Assembly: GCA_003009755.1 (NCBI GenBank)
Contig: PXUB01000039.1
Location: 19,344 to 54,741, forward strand
Length of the DNA stretch: 35,398 bases
Source: Thermoplasmatales archaeon SW_10_69_26
Lineage (GTDB): Archaea > Thermoplasmatota > SW-10-69-26
Direction: 5' to 3'
The translations under genes were made by a program, and so were the position numbers. Positions 8,890 through 17,503 of this stretch are shown piece by piece; the first letter of the stretch is position 1; each line of letters starts with the position of its first letter. The notes beneath the pieces were generated by a model, which worked only from the letters and a program-made list of their open reading frames with translations, was not told where the DNA came from and did not search any database.

Positions 8890-8974
8890 GCGGGGATTGC
8901 CTAGCCTGGTAAGGCGCAGGATTGCTAATCCTGTGGCTGATAAAGCCCCGCGGGTTCGAATCCCGCTCCCCGCG
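8890..8974 (+). tRNA. tRNA-Ser(GCT), long variable arm, no encoded CCA, no intron
   Basis: Acceptor stem GCGGGGA/TCCCCGC; D arm TAGCCTGGTAAGG; anticodon arm CAGGA-TTGCTAA-TCCTG with GCT at 8924-8926; T arm GCGGG-TTCGAAT-CCCGC; discriminator G. A promoter-like AAACGCTTAAG lies at 8814-8824. Confidence 0.97.
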
Positions 8975-8975
8975 T

Positions 8976-9188
8976 CAGCAGATACCGCCCAAGGGTCGAG
9001 GGAGCGGGATGAGAACCCTTGGGTTTGTGTTCAGACGCGGTGAAGACCGCCCGCGTCTGAACACGCGACGGATCGGCAGACATGGAGCGATCCGTCTGCG
9101 TCTCGAGGCGCGGTGACGATGAGCGCGTCTCGAGATCGTACGAACCGACGGAAGGGCGCGGTTCGTACGTGAATCCCGCTCCCCGCGT
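8976..9188. repeat. tRNA-associated multi-hairpin element bounded by an inverted and a direct copy of the tRNA 3' end
   Basis: 18-bp direct repeat GAATCCCGCTCCCCGCGT at 8958-8975 and 9171-9188; inverted copy of the T-arm/acceptor at 9000-9018 (17/19); four internal stems of 14, 9, 12 and 11 bp. Confidence 0.85.
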
Positions 9189-9191
9189 GCG

Positions 9192-9204
9192 TTTTTCTTT
9201 CTTT
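9192..9204 (+). terminator. Archaeal oligo-T terminator after the tRNA and element
   Basis: TTTTTCTTTCTTT is the first T-rich tract downstream of the tRNA. Confidence 0.65.
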
Positions 9205-9641
9205 AGTGCCTCTCCGTCCGCCGAGGAGGGGACAGAGAAAATCTACGTGCATGAAAGAACCCCCTCGGCAGCGACGCAAGCCCCGGTGTCATCGATCTTG
9301 GGCGCGGTTGGGTCTTCTCGCAGGACCATCGTCGCTTGACGGGTTCCGACAAGGTCGTGGTGGACGTCGCTGGGCGGACCTGACGGATCGGGATGCAGGG
9401 GCGCGGTGGTGGTCCCCGGGACGACCCAGCTCGATCGTAGAACGGGGCAGGGAGGCTGCGACCGGAGATCGGCGACCACGTCCGCAGGGGCTCAGGGCCC
9501 GACAGCGCCGACGCTGGTCTTCGGGGAGGGGGTGTGGATCACGGAGAAGTCAGCGAGAGGAAGCCATCGGGCGCGAGCCCGAGGTAGCATCGTCACAACC
9601 TGCGTTACCCTCGGTGCCCGAAGGCACCGGGGCTGGGAACA

Positions 9642-9836
9642 TCAGTCAAGCTGGATGTTCTTCGCGCGAGGACCCTTCGGAGCTTGCTCGAGGTCGAACT
9701 CGACCTCTTGGCCCTCCGAGGGCTCGGGACCGTCAACGTCGTCCATGTGGAAGAAAACGTCGTCGTCGGACTGGGCGGTATCGATGAAACCGTAACCCTT
9801 TCTGTCGTGGAAGAAGTCCACTTTGCCGTTGGGCAT
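9642..9836 (-). CDS. csp: Cold-shock domain protein
   Basis: MPNGKVDFFHDRKGYGFI...DVFFH...KGPRA (RNP1/RNP2 motifs). AAAGGTTATC promoter about 25 nt upstream of ATG 9836. Confidence 0.95.
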   Translation of the reverse strand: MPNGKVDFFHDRKGYGFIDTAQSDDDVFFHMDDVDGPEPSEGQEVEFDLEQAPKGPRAKNIQLD

Positions 9837-9942
9837 GAATCGGGGTATGCCTCCCAACGGATAACCTTTGGTGTCCGAGCGGGGGGTCTTGGGCCCGAAC
9901 CGAGGCCGAAACCCCTATCCTTGCCGCGTCCTGTCGTCCGAC

Positions 9943-10353
9943 GTGGAGCGAGAGACGGTCCATCCGACCCAGTTCCTGTACTGGGGGCAGCTGATCTACG
10001 GCGCGTTCGTCGGGGTTCTCGGCTGGATCCTCTACCAACGGATCACGGCCGGCGTCGGCGGACCGGGCACCGTGGGCGCCGTGTTCGGGCTCCTGTTGGG
10101 CACGCTCGTGTTCGTGGCCTACATGCAGAACCTGCACAAGGGCGATCTCGAGCCCGACTACTCGCAGACGTGCTACGCCTGCCGGTTGCCCGTCAACCGC
10201 TACAGCGAGTTCTGCGAGCACTGTGGCGCCGATCAGATCGAGAAGGACAACTACGGCGCGTGCCCGGAGTGCCAGATGGAGGTCTTCGAGGGCACCGCCT
10301 TCTGTCCCAGCTGCGGCAAGGACCTCCAGGCGACCGGCCTGCAAGACCTGTGA
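9943..10353 (+). CDS. Two-TM membrane protein with a C-terminal double zinc ribbon
   Basis: Two hydrophobic helices followed by four CxxC pairs (CYAC, CEHC, CPEC, CPSC). The start is uncertain; GTG 9943 was chosen because 9868 overlaps the csp promoter. Confidence 0.75.
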   Translation: MERETVHPTQFLYWGQLIYGAFVGVLGWILYQRITAGVGGPGTVGAVFGLLLGTLVFVAYMQNLHKGDLEPDYSQTCYACRLPVNRYSEFCEHCGADQIEKDNYGACPECQMEVFEGTAFCPSCGKDLQATGLQDL

Positions 10354-10416
10354 GGCGCGCGAGCCCACCACCCCGGGGCTGCACCTTGATGTACCCAGGG
10401 GGGCTTCGACGCGCTC

Positions 10417-11934
10417 GTGCCCACGCCCTCGCTCGTCGTCGTCGACGGGATGGTCCGCACGCAGGCGCCCGACCGCACCGCCGAAGCCGTCGCCTTCCAC
10501 AAAGGTCGCGTGCTCGCGGTCGGCGCGACGGAGGAGATCGACGCGCTGGCCGGCCCCGAGACCCACCGCCTCGACGCCGAGGGCCGCGTCGTCCTCCCCG
10601 GGTTCGTCGACTGCCACACCCACGCCGCCCGTTTGGGCGAGATGCGGTTCCGCCAGGACATGAGCAACGCGCCCGGCAAGGACGAGGCCTTGCAGGTGCT
10701 CAACGCTCGCGCCCAGAAGACGCCCGGGGACGGCTGGGTCATCGGCTGGAACTGGGACGAGACCGCCTGGTCCGGTGAGGGCCCGATCACGCCCGAGGAC
10801 CTCGACGGCGTCAGCCCCCACCACAAGGTCCTCGCTCGCCGCGTGTGCGGCCACCGGATCGTCGTCAACCAGGCGGCGCTCGACGCCCTGGACCTGGATC
10901 GATCGACGCCGGGCATCGAGACCGACGAGGACGGCAACATCACCGGCCGGTTGAGCGAGGACGCCGCCGTCCAAGCCTGGGAGGCCTGTGCGCCCGCCCA
11001 CGAGACCTGTGTCAAGGGACTCAAGCTCGAGACCCGGCGCCTGGCCGAGATGGGCATCACGAGCGTGGCCGACACCGCCGGCCGTCGGGAGATCCGCCTG
11101 CTGACCCAAGCCGCCCAGGAGGGCTGGATGCTGCAACGCTCGGGCCTGTACGTCAAGGACGACCTGCTCGAGCACCTCGAAGGCCTCGCCATGGGTCCCC
11201 TATCCGGGCCCTGGTGCTCGCTGTTGGGCGTCAAGATCTACGTCGACGGCTCGATCGGCGCCCGCACCGCGGCTCTGCGCGAGCCCTACGCGGACGAAGA
11301 CACCCGCGGCGAGCTGTTGCACGCGCCCGAGGAGATCGCCGACGTCGCCTCGCGCGCCGCCGACCTCGGCCTGCAGTTGAAGGCCCACGCCATCGGCGAC
11401 CGCGCGATCGACGCCGTGCTCGACGGGCTCGAGCAAGCCGACGTGGACCCGGCCCTTCGTCCCCGCATGGAGCACGTCGAGATGCTGCACGACGACCAGC
11501 TCGATCGGATGCGCGAGCTGGGCGTCACCGCCGTCATGCAGCCCAACTTCGTCGGCAACTGGCAACGACCCGGCGGCCTGTACGAGCAGGCGCTGGGCGA
11601 GGAGCGCGCCCGCCGCATGAACCCGTTCCGATCCGTCCTCGACGCCGACGTCCCCTTGGCCTTCTCCAGCGACGGCATGCCGTATGGTCCCCTCTACGGG
11701 ATCGCGTGCGCGGTCGACCACCCCAACCCTGACGAGGCGTTGACCGTGCCCGAGGCCATCCGCTCGTACACGCGAAACGCAGCTTACGCGCTCGGTGACG
11801 AGCACGCCCGCGGCGTCCTGCAGGAGGGCGCGCTGGGCGACGCCGTCGTCTTGGACGAGGATCCCCGACAGGCGGCCGCGATCGACGAGATCGACGTGCA
11901 CGCGACCGTCGTCGGCGGTCAGCGCATCGTGTAG
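10417..11934 (+). CDS. Amidohydrolase (Amidohydro_3/YtcJ-like)
   Basis: Motifs PGFVDCHTH, KIYVDGSIGARTA, HAIGDRA, RMEH and FSSD. Confidence 0.9.
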   Translation: MPTPSLVVVDGMVRTQAPDRTAEAVAFHKGRVLAVGATEEIDALAGPETHRLDAEGRVVLPGFVDCHTHAARLGEMRFRQDMSNAPGKDEALQVLNARAQKTPGDGWVIGWNWDETAWSGEGPITPEDLDGVSPHHKVLARRVCGHRIVVNQAALDALDLDRSTPGIETDEDGNITGRLSEDAAVQAWEACAPAHETCVKGLKLETRRLAEMGITSVADTAGRREIRLLTQAAQEGWMLQRSGLYVKDDLLEHLEGLAMGPLSGPWCSLLGVKIYVDGSIGARTAALREPYADEDTRGELLHAPEEIADVASRAADLGLQLKAHAIGDRAIDAVLDGLEQADVDPALRPRMEHVEMLHDDQLDRMRELGVTAVMQPNFVGNWQRPGGLYEQALGEERARRMNPFRSVLDADVPLAFSSDGMPYGPLYGIACAVDHPNPDEALTVPEAIRSYTRNAAYALGDEHARGVLQEGALGDAVVLDEDPRQAAAIDEIDVHATVVGGQRIV

Positions 11935-11937
11935 GCG

Positions 11938-13002
11938 CTAGGTGTTGCGGTTCAGGTGGTCCAAGGCGTCGGCCCCCTGCACGATGCCGTACCCGTAGCG
12001 ATCGTTGTGGCCACGGAAGCTCTGCTTCTCGGCCGTCTCCGTCAACGAGGTCTTGATCTGGGTGATCGTCTCCCGGTCCTGGCGCTGCAGGTCCGGGTTC
12101 TCCTCGAGCATCAACGCCACGATGCCGCCCACGATCGGGGCCGCCTGGCTCGTCCCGCTGTTGAGGCAGTACTTGGCGTCGGCGCGGCCGGCGCAACTGA
12201 GGCCCGGCCAAGGCCCGATGAGGCCCACGCCGGGCGCCGACAGCTCGGGTTTCTTGTTCGGGTCTTCACGCTGCCCGATCCCGAGCGGGCCGCTCGAGGA
12301 GCCGCCCTTGCAGGAGAACTCCGCGATCGTGCCGTTGCGGTCGACGGCGCCGACCGCGATCACGTCTTCCAGGTTCGCCGGCGAGGAGACCTGGCAGTCC
12401 TCGCCGCTTTCGCCCTGTTGGGCGTTGCCGGCGGCCGCCACGACGACGACGCCGCGATCCAGGGCGCGCGAGACGCTGTTCTCCAGGTTCCGGTTGATGT
12501 CGACGATGCGTGGGCGCTCGCCCAACGAGAGGATGAGCACGTCGGCACCGTTGTCGACGGCCCAGTCGATGCCTTGGGCCACGTCGCTGGCGCTCGACTG
12601 CCCCGAGGCCTTGATCGCCTTCGCGTGCAGCAGCGGCGAACCCGGCGCCACGCCCTGCACCTTCGGGTTGTTGAACCCGCCTTTGCCTTGCGCGACGGCG
12701 AGCCCGGAAACGTGCGTGCCGTGCCCGTCGTCGTCGTATGGGTTGGGCTGTTCGTTCACGACGTCCTTCCAGCGGACGGTGACGCCCTCGTACTCGCGAT
12801 GGTCGGCGCCGACACCGGAGTCGACCACGGCCAGACGGACGGAGGCCCCGGTCAGGTTGCGGTCGTGGAGCTCGTCCACCTGCGTCATCTCGAGGGCCCA
12901 GTCGTTGGAGGCCGAGCTGCCGAACGTCTCCTGGAGCTGCGAGGTGCACCCGGAGACCAGCATGGCGCCGACGACGACCCAAACGAGCGCCTGGCGCGAC
13001 AC
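11938..13002 (-). CDS. S8 subtilisin-like serine protease, probable lipoprotein
   Basis: Lipobox LVSGC; catalytic triad motifs VDSG, GHGTH and SGTSQAAP; oxyanion motif AAGN. Confidence 0.9.
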   Translation of the reverse strand: MSRQALVWVVVGAMLVSGCTSQLQETFGSSASNDWALEMTQVDELHDRNLTGASVRLAVVDSGVGADHREYEGVTVRWKDVVNEQPNPYDDDGHGTHVSGLAVAQGKGGFNNPKVQGVAPGSPLLHAKAIKASGQSSASDVAQGIDWAVDNGADVLILSLGERPRIVDINRNLENSVSRALDRGVVVVAAAGNAQQGESGEDCQVSSPANLEDVIAVGAVDRNGTIAEFSCKGGSSSGPLGIGQREDPNKKPELSAPGVGLIGPWPGLSCAGRADAKYCLNSGTSQAAPIVGGIVALMLEENPDLQRQDRETITQIKTSLTETAEKQSFRGHNDRYGYGIVQGADALDHLNRNT

Positions 13003-13127
13003 GGTTCGCCAACAGACCGCCTATCGTAAAACCCTACCATCGATGTCCCTCGTCACCCGTCTTCGGTCTCCCGCGAGGGGTCGATGGAAGGCGTTAGGCT
13101 CTTGGCGGGAAGGCTCGGTGCCCGCCT

Positions 13128-14159
13128 GTGCCCCAGATCGTCCTCGCGCACGATCGCTTCACCGACGGGGAGGCCAAGACGGCCGAGGCCTTGATCCGCT
13201 ACGCCTCGGACCCGGTGGTGGCCGTCGTCGACCGCTCGGCCTCCATCGACACGGCCGAGCCCGTCGTCGGCGCCGCCGGGCGCGAGATCCCCGTCGTCCG
13301 GGACGCCGACGAGGCCTTGAGCCTCGACGCCGACCGGTTGGCGATCGGGGTCGCTCCCGTCGGCGGCCGCGTCCCCGACGACTGGCGCCCAGACCTGCGC
13401 GCCGCCCTCGAGGAGGGGCTGGACATCGTGTCCGGGCTGCACGACTTCCTCGCCGAGGACGAGGAACTCGCCAAGCTCGCTCGCGGGCACGGCGCCGAGC
13501 TGCACGATCTGCGCCGGCCTCCACCCGATCAGCCGATCTACAGCTCGCAGGTGCTCGACCTCGACGCCACGATCGTGCTCACCGTCGGCACCGACTGCTC
13601 CTCGGGCAAGATGACGACGAGCGTCGAGCTCGTGCGGGCGCTGAGGGACCGCGGCGTGGACACGGCCTTCGCCGCCACCGGCCAGACCGGTCTCATGCTG
13701 GGCGCCGACGCCGGCGTCGTCGTCGACGCCGTCGCCGCCGACTTCGTCGCCGGCTGGGGCGAGAAGATCGTGCTCGACGCCCACGAAGCCACCGGCGCCG
13801 ACGTGATCGTCACCGAGGGCCAGGGCGCCTTGTCCCACCCCGCCTACGGCGCCGTCACCCTCGGCCTCCTGCACGGCACCTCTCCGCACGCGTGCGTGCT
13901 CTGTCACGACGAGACACGGGAGGAGAAGACGACCACCTTTCACGAGGGCCGCCGGTTCCCGGTGCTGGACCCCGTGAGGGAATGGCGGCGTCTGCAGGCG
14001 GTCGCCGACCCCGTGCGACGGCCGTCCCTGGCCGGGCTCTCCGTCATGAACGGCCCGCTTGCGATCCCCGACGATCACCCCTTCGCGGACGTGCCCCAGG
14101 TCGACGTGCTCGCCGACGGCGCCCACCGCCTCGCCGCCCAGGTGGAGGCGATCGATTGA
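13128..14159 (+). CDS. DUF1611 family protein (DgcN-like D-glutamate N-acetyltransferase)
   Basis: Motifs AKTA, GVAPVGGR, IVSGLH, VGTDCSSGKMTT, ATGQTG and EGQGALSHPAY. Confidence 0.85.
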   Translation: MPQIVLAHDRFTDGEAKTAEALIRYASDPVVAVVDRSASIDTAEPVVGAAGREIPVVRDADEALSLDADRLAIGVAPVGGRVPDDWRPDLRAALEEGLDIVSGLHDFLAEDEELAKLARGHGAELHDLRRPPPDQPIYSSQVLDLDATIVLTVGTDCSSGKMTTSVELVRALRDRGVDTAFAATGQTGLMLGADAGVVVDAVAADFVAGWGEKIVLDAHEATGADVIVTEGQGALSHPAYGAVTLGLLHGTSPHACVLCHDETREEKTTTFHEGRRFPVLDPVREWRRLQAVADPVRRPSLAGLSVMNGPLAIPDDHPFADVPQVDVLADGAHRLAAQVEAID

Positions 14160-15247
14160 CCGAGCTGACGCTGTTCGAGGCCGAGCTCGAGCTCTCCCGA
14201 CCGTTCCGCATCGCCCGCGGCACGAGGGAGACCCTCGAGGTCCTGTTCCTCCGCATCCGGGAGGGCGATTCGACCGGCTGGGGCGAGGCCCATCCTGCCC
14301 CCGACGTCACCGGCGAAACGGCCCTCGAGACCCGCGAAGCCCTCGCCTCGCTCGACCCCGACGAGGTCAACGCGTTGGATCCAGCCAGCACGTTGGCGGC
14401 CCACGAGGATCTGGGCCCGGCCGCCCGCTCGGCCCTGGACCTGGCCCTGCACGATCTCGCCGGCCGGCAGGCCGACCAGCCGGTGCACACCCTGCTGGAT
14501 CTGCCCTGCGGGCACATGCCCTGCGCCGGCACGGTCACCGTCAGCGACCCCGACGACGCCGCCGAGCAGGCCCGCGAGTGGCTGCGCTCGGGCTTCTTCC
14601 ACCTCAAGGTCAAGATCGAGGACCCCGAGGACGGGCTCGAAGCCACCCGCCGCGTCGCCGAGCTGTTGCCCACCGACCTCCCCGACCGCTTCCCCGAACC
14701 GGAGGTCTGGGTCGACGCCAACGAGGCCCTCGACCTCGACCAAGCCCAAGCTCTCCTTACCGGGCTCGACACGCTCGGTGCCCGTCTCGTCGAGCAACCG
14801 CTACCCCGGGCTGCCACCGCCGACCTGGCCCACCTGGCCCAGGACGCGCCGGTGCCGATCCTGCTCGACGAATCGGTGCAAAGCCCCGAGGACGTGCGCG
14901 CCGTCGGCCGCATCGAGGGCCCCACGATGGCCAACATCAAGGTCCAGAAGGTGGGAGGCCTGCAGGCCGCCAGCGCCTGCCTCGACGCCGGCCAAGCCAC
15001 CGGGACCCCGCTCGTCGTCGGCTGCAACATCGAGACCGGGCTCGGCATCGCCGCCGGCTCGGCCCTCACCGGCGCCGTCGACCGTGCCGACCTCGACGGC
15101 AACCGGTTCCTGGCCAACGAACCGTTCCCCCTGGCCCGTCCCCGGCCCGGGTTCGCCGGCACGCCCGAGGGCCCCGGCCTGGGCGCCTACCCCGACCCCG
15201 GCAAGCTCGACGCGCTCGACAAGATCGTCTCCCTCGGCACCGCGTAG
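14156..15247 (+). CDS. Enolase-superfamily dipeptide epimerase (L-Ala-D/L-Glu epimerase/DgcA-like)
   Basis: Motifs PFRIARG, GWGEA, KVK, VDANE, VEQP, LDES, NIK and ADLDG. TTG 14156 overlaps the DUF1611 stop; the upstream part of ORF 12005..15247 is a shadow. Confidence 0.85.
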   Translation: MTELTLFEAELELSRPFRIARGTRETLEVLFLRIREGDSTGWGEAHPAPDVTGETALETREALASLDPDEVNALDPASTLAAHEDLGPAARSALDLALHDLAGRQADQPVHTLLDLPCGHMPCAGTVTVSDPDDAAEQAREWLRSGFFHLKVKIEDPEDGLEATRRVAELLPTDLPDRFPEPEVWVDANEALDLDQAQALLTGLDTLGARLVEQPLPRAATADLAHLAQDAPVPILLDESVQSPEDVRAVGRIEGPTMANIKVQKVGGLQAASACLDAGQATGTPLVVGCNIETGLGIAAGSALTGAVDRADLDGNRFLANEPFPLARPRPGFAGTPEGPGLGAYPDPGKLDALDKIVSLGTA

Positions 15248-15307
15248 GCCCATCGGCCAACGCATCGCCAGCAACGTTGATACGTCCGCCCACGGCTGCA
15301 CCGTGCG

Positions 15308-16903
15308 ATGCGGCCCCCGCCGATCGCCGTCCTCGCGCTGGTCTGCCTGACCGCCATGGCCGGCTGCCTGACCGCCCTCGACCCCCAAGCCACGGGCGCC
15401 TCCGCCGGCGAGGACACCGACCGCGAGCGACGGGAGCTGACGTTCGCGCCCGGTCCGGGTCCCACCGACCGCCGCCAGGTCACCGACACCCTCACCGTCC
15501 CCGACCGCGCCGAGGGCCTGGCGTTCGGCTACGAGCTCACGCTCGACGACGCGGGCGAGGTCGAGGCCTGGCTCACCACGCCCGACGACGACGAGATCCA
15601 GCTCACCCAGACCCGCACGATGCAAGCGACCACGCTCGCGGACACGGTGTTGCTCGAGCCCCACCCCGGCGAGTGGACGATCCACGTCGACACCTCCGCC
15701 CCCGGACAGCTGGCCGTCAACCTCACGATCCAACCCGGGGCCCCGAGCTTCGACGCCGTGGACCCAACCGGCAGGGACCGTCCGGTCGTCGCCGTCGTCG
15801 ACACGGGCGTCAACCCCTACCACGAGGTGTTCCGATCGGCCGATCTGGCCACGAGTGAGCTGCCCGAGCGCGTCCACGGCGAGGACGACGCGACCGTCCT
15901 CCAGGTCCCGGTCACCCCCGAGGCCACCTACCGAGCCTCGCTGGCCGCCGACGCCGGGCTGTGGGCGAACGTGCCCGACGAGCGGCTCGTGCACTTCGCG
16001 GGCACGAACCTGCTGGGCTACCAGCTGGACGGCACCGAGCTCCCCCAAGCGCCGGTGCTCGACCAGTCCGGGCACGGGACCGGCGTCTCCCACGCCGTCA
16101 CCCGCGATGCCTCCCGAGCGCTCGTCGTCATGGTGACCGGCGCCGACTACGACGAGGGCGTCGAGTGGGCCGCCCAACAGGAGTGGATCGACGTCATCAG
16201 CCTCTCCTGGGGCCCGGTCGTCAACGCCGCCGGCACCGCCGAGCCCTACGTCTCCGGGTTCCAGACCCCCGATGTCACACGCATGGCGCACGACAACGGC
16301 AAGCTCGTCGTCGCCGCCAGCGGCAACGATCCCACCGCGACCGTGACCGACACCACGACCGGTCCCCCGTGGGTGCACGCCGTCAGCGGCGCGCAACCGA
16401 ACACGACCGCTCGGGCAGCCATGAGCGGCAACCTCGTCGACACCGTCGCCAACTGGACCCAAACGCTGGCCGACCACGAGAGCCGCAACGACACCGGCCA
16501 GGCCTCCGGGACGAGCTTCGCCACGCCGACGACCGCCGGCATCGCCGCCCACGTCCTCGACCACGTCCGCCAGGCCAGCGACCACGAGGGCCCCCGCGAC
16601 GACGGTGTGCTGGCACGCACCGACGACGGGCCCATCACGAACACACAGCTCCGCTCGGCCCTCAACCGCTCGGCCGTCTACTGGAACACCACCGACTACG
16701 GCGGCCCCTCCGACCCCGGACCCAGCGTGCCCGTCGCCCCCACCCCGTGGGTCAGCATGGGCTGGGGCTACCTCGACGGATCTCGCGTCCCGGTCGCCGT
16801 GGACGCCCTGCTCGGCGACGCGGTGCCCGACAAACCCGCCGAAGCCGAGGCCTGGATGAACGGGCACCAGCGAGCCCGCGAGACCTACTGGGCCTCCCGC
16901 TGA
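15308..16903 (+). CDS. S8 family peptidase, probable lipoprotein with an N-terminal beta (PPC-like) domain
   Basis: Lipobox MAGC; motifs VDTG, GHGTG, AASGN and SGTSFATP. Confidence 0.85.
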   Translation: MRPPPIAVLALVCLTAMAGCLTALDPQATGASAGEDTDRERRELTFAPGPGPTDRRQVTDTLTVPDRAEGLAFGYELTLDDAGEVEAWLTTPDDDEIQLTQTRTMQATTLADTVLLEPHPGEWTIHVDTSAPGQLAVNLTIQPGAPSFDAVDPTGRDRPVVAVVDTGVNPYHEVFRSADLATSELPERVHGEDDATVLQVPVTPEATYRASLAADAGLWANVPDERLVHFAGTNLLGYQLDGTELPQAPVLDQSGHGTGVSHAVTRDASRALVVMVTGADYDEGVEWAAQQEWIDVISLSWGPVVNAAGTAEPYVSGFQTPDVTRMAHDNGKLVVAASGNDPTATVTDTTTGPPWVHAVSGAQPNTTARAAMSGNLVDTVANWTQTLADHESRNDTGQASGTSFATPTTAGIAAHVLDHVRQASDHEGPRDDGVLARTDDGPITNTQLRSALNRSAVYWNTTDYGGPSDPGPSVPVAPTPWVSMGWGYLDGSRVPVAVDALLGDAVPDKPAEAEAWMNGHQRARETYWASR

Positions 16904-17131
16904 CGCCACGTCGCTGGCCTGCCCCCAACCGCCGTGCGGTCTTCGGCGGAGGGCTGTTGGGTCCCGCAGACGCTGTCGCTGGCGGCGCTGAACCTCAGCG
17001 CGTGGACCGGGGCCGCCGCCGACGACAGCGGCGAGGTCGCCCTCTCACGCCCGTGAAACAAGCTCGCGAGCAGCGCTCTACCAAGGCGCCCAAATGGTTA
17101 TCTGGGGGAACTTGGTTCGGCCGCTAATTCC

Positions 17132-17503
17132 ATGGTCGCCTCGGGAGCGCACGGCTCTGAGTCCCGCCAGAACGGGAGGCGCATCGACGCGCTTCGCGAG
17201 ATCAAAGAGACCGAGCAGCGGATCGAAGAGGAGAAGCAGAAGGCTCGCAGCGAGGCCGACGACATCGTCGAAGAGGCTCGCAACGAAGCCAACCAGCTCC
17301 TCGAGGAGACGGTTCAGGAAGCCGAACGCGAAGCCGAGGAGCACGTGACCGAGGCGCGCGAGGACGCCCAGGAGCGCGCCGACGAGCTCCTGGCCGAGGC
17401 CGACGACGAGGCCGAGGACCTCCGCAACGTCTCCGAGACGCAGCTCGACGAGGCCGCCGAGGCCGTCATCGACCGCTTCAAGTCCCGGGTAGGGGGTTCC
17501 TGA
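17132..17503 (+). CDS. atpH: A-type ATP synthase subunit H
   Basis: E/A/R-rich coiled coil (ALREIKETE...), first gene of the operon, with promoter-like AAATGGTTATC at about 17092-17102. Confidence 0.85.
   Translation: MVASGAHGSESRQNGRRIDALREIKETEQRIEEEKQKARSEADDIVEEARNEANQLLEETVQEAEREAEEHVTEAREDAQERADELLAEADDEAEDLRNVSETQLDEAAEAVIDRFKSRVGGS

Noticed and set aside
9027-9169. CRISPR-like array
   Set aside because: The hairpins are regularly spaced but differ in sequence; there is no repeated unit and no cas gene.
8976-9640. Integrated provirus or genomic island at tRNA-Ser
   Set aside because: The direct repeats enclose only ~195 bp, and I see no integrase or viral genes. The 9206-9640 ORFs have no recognisable motifs.
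12005-14155. 1080-aa ORF 12005..15247 as one giant protein
   Set aside because: Only 14156-15247 is the epimerase. The rest is the antisense shadow of the S8 gene and an off-frame read of DUF1611, as expected at high GC.
16904-17090. GC-rich stems upstream of the atp operon as an ncRNA
   Set aside because: The stems are short, imperfect and expected at this GC content, and they lie upstream of the likely atp promoter.
17501-17503. TGA between atpH and atpI as selenocysteine
   Set aside because: It falls at the normal end of subunit H, not at a Cys-equivalent site, and no SECIS or sel genes are evident.
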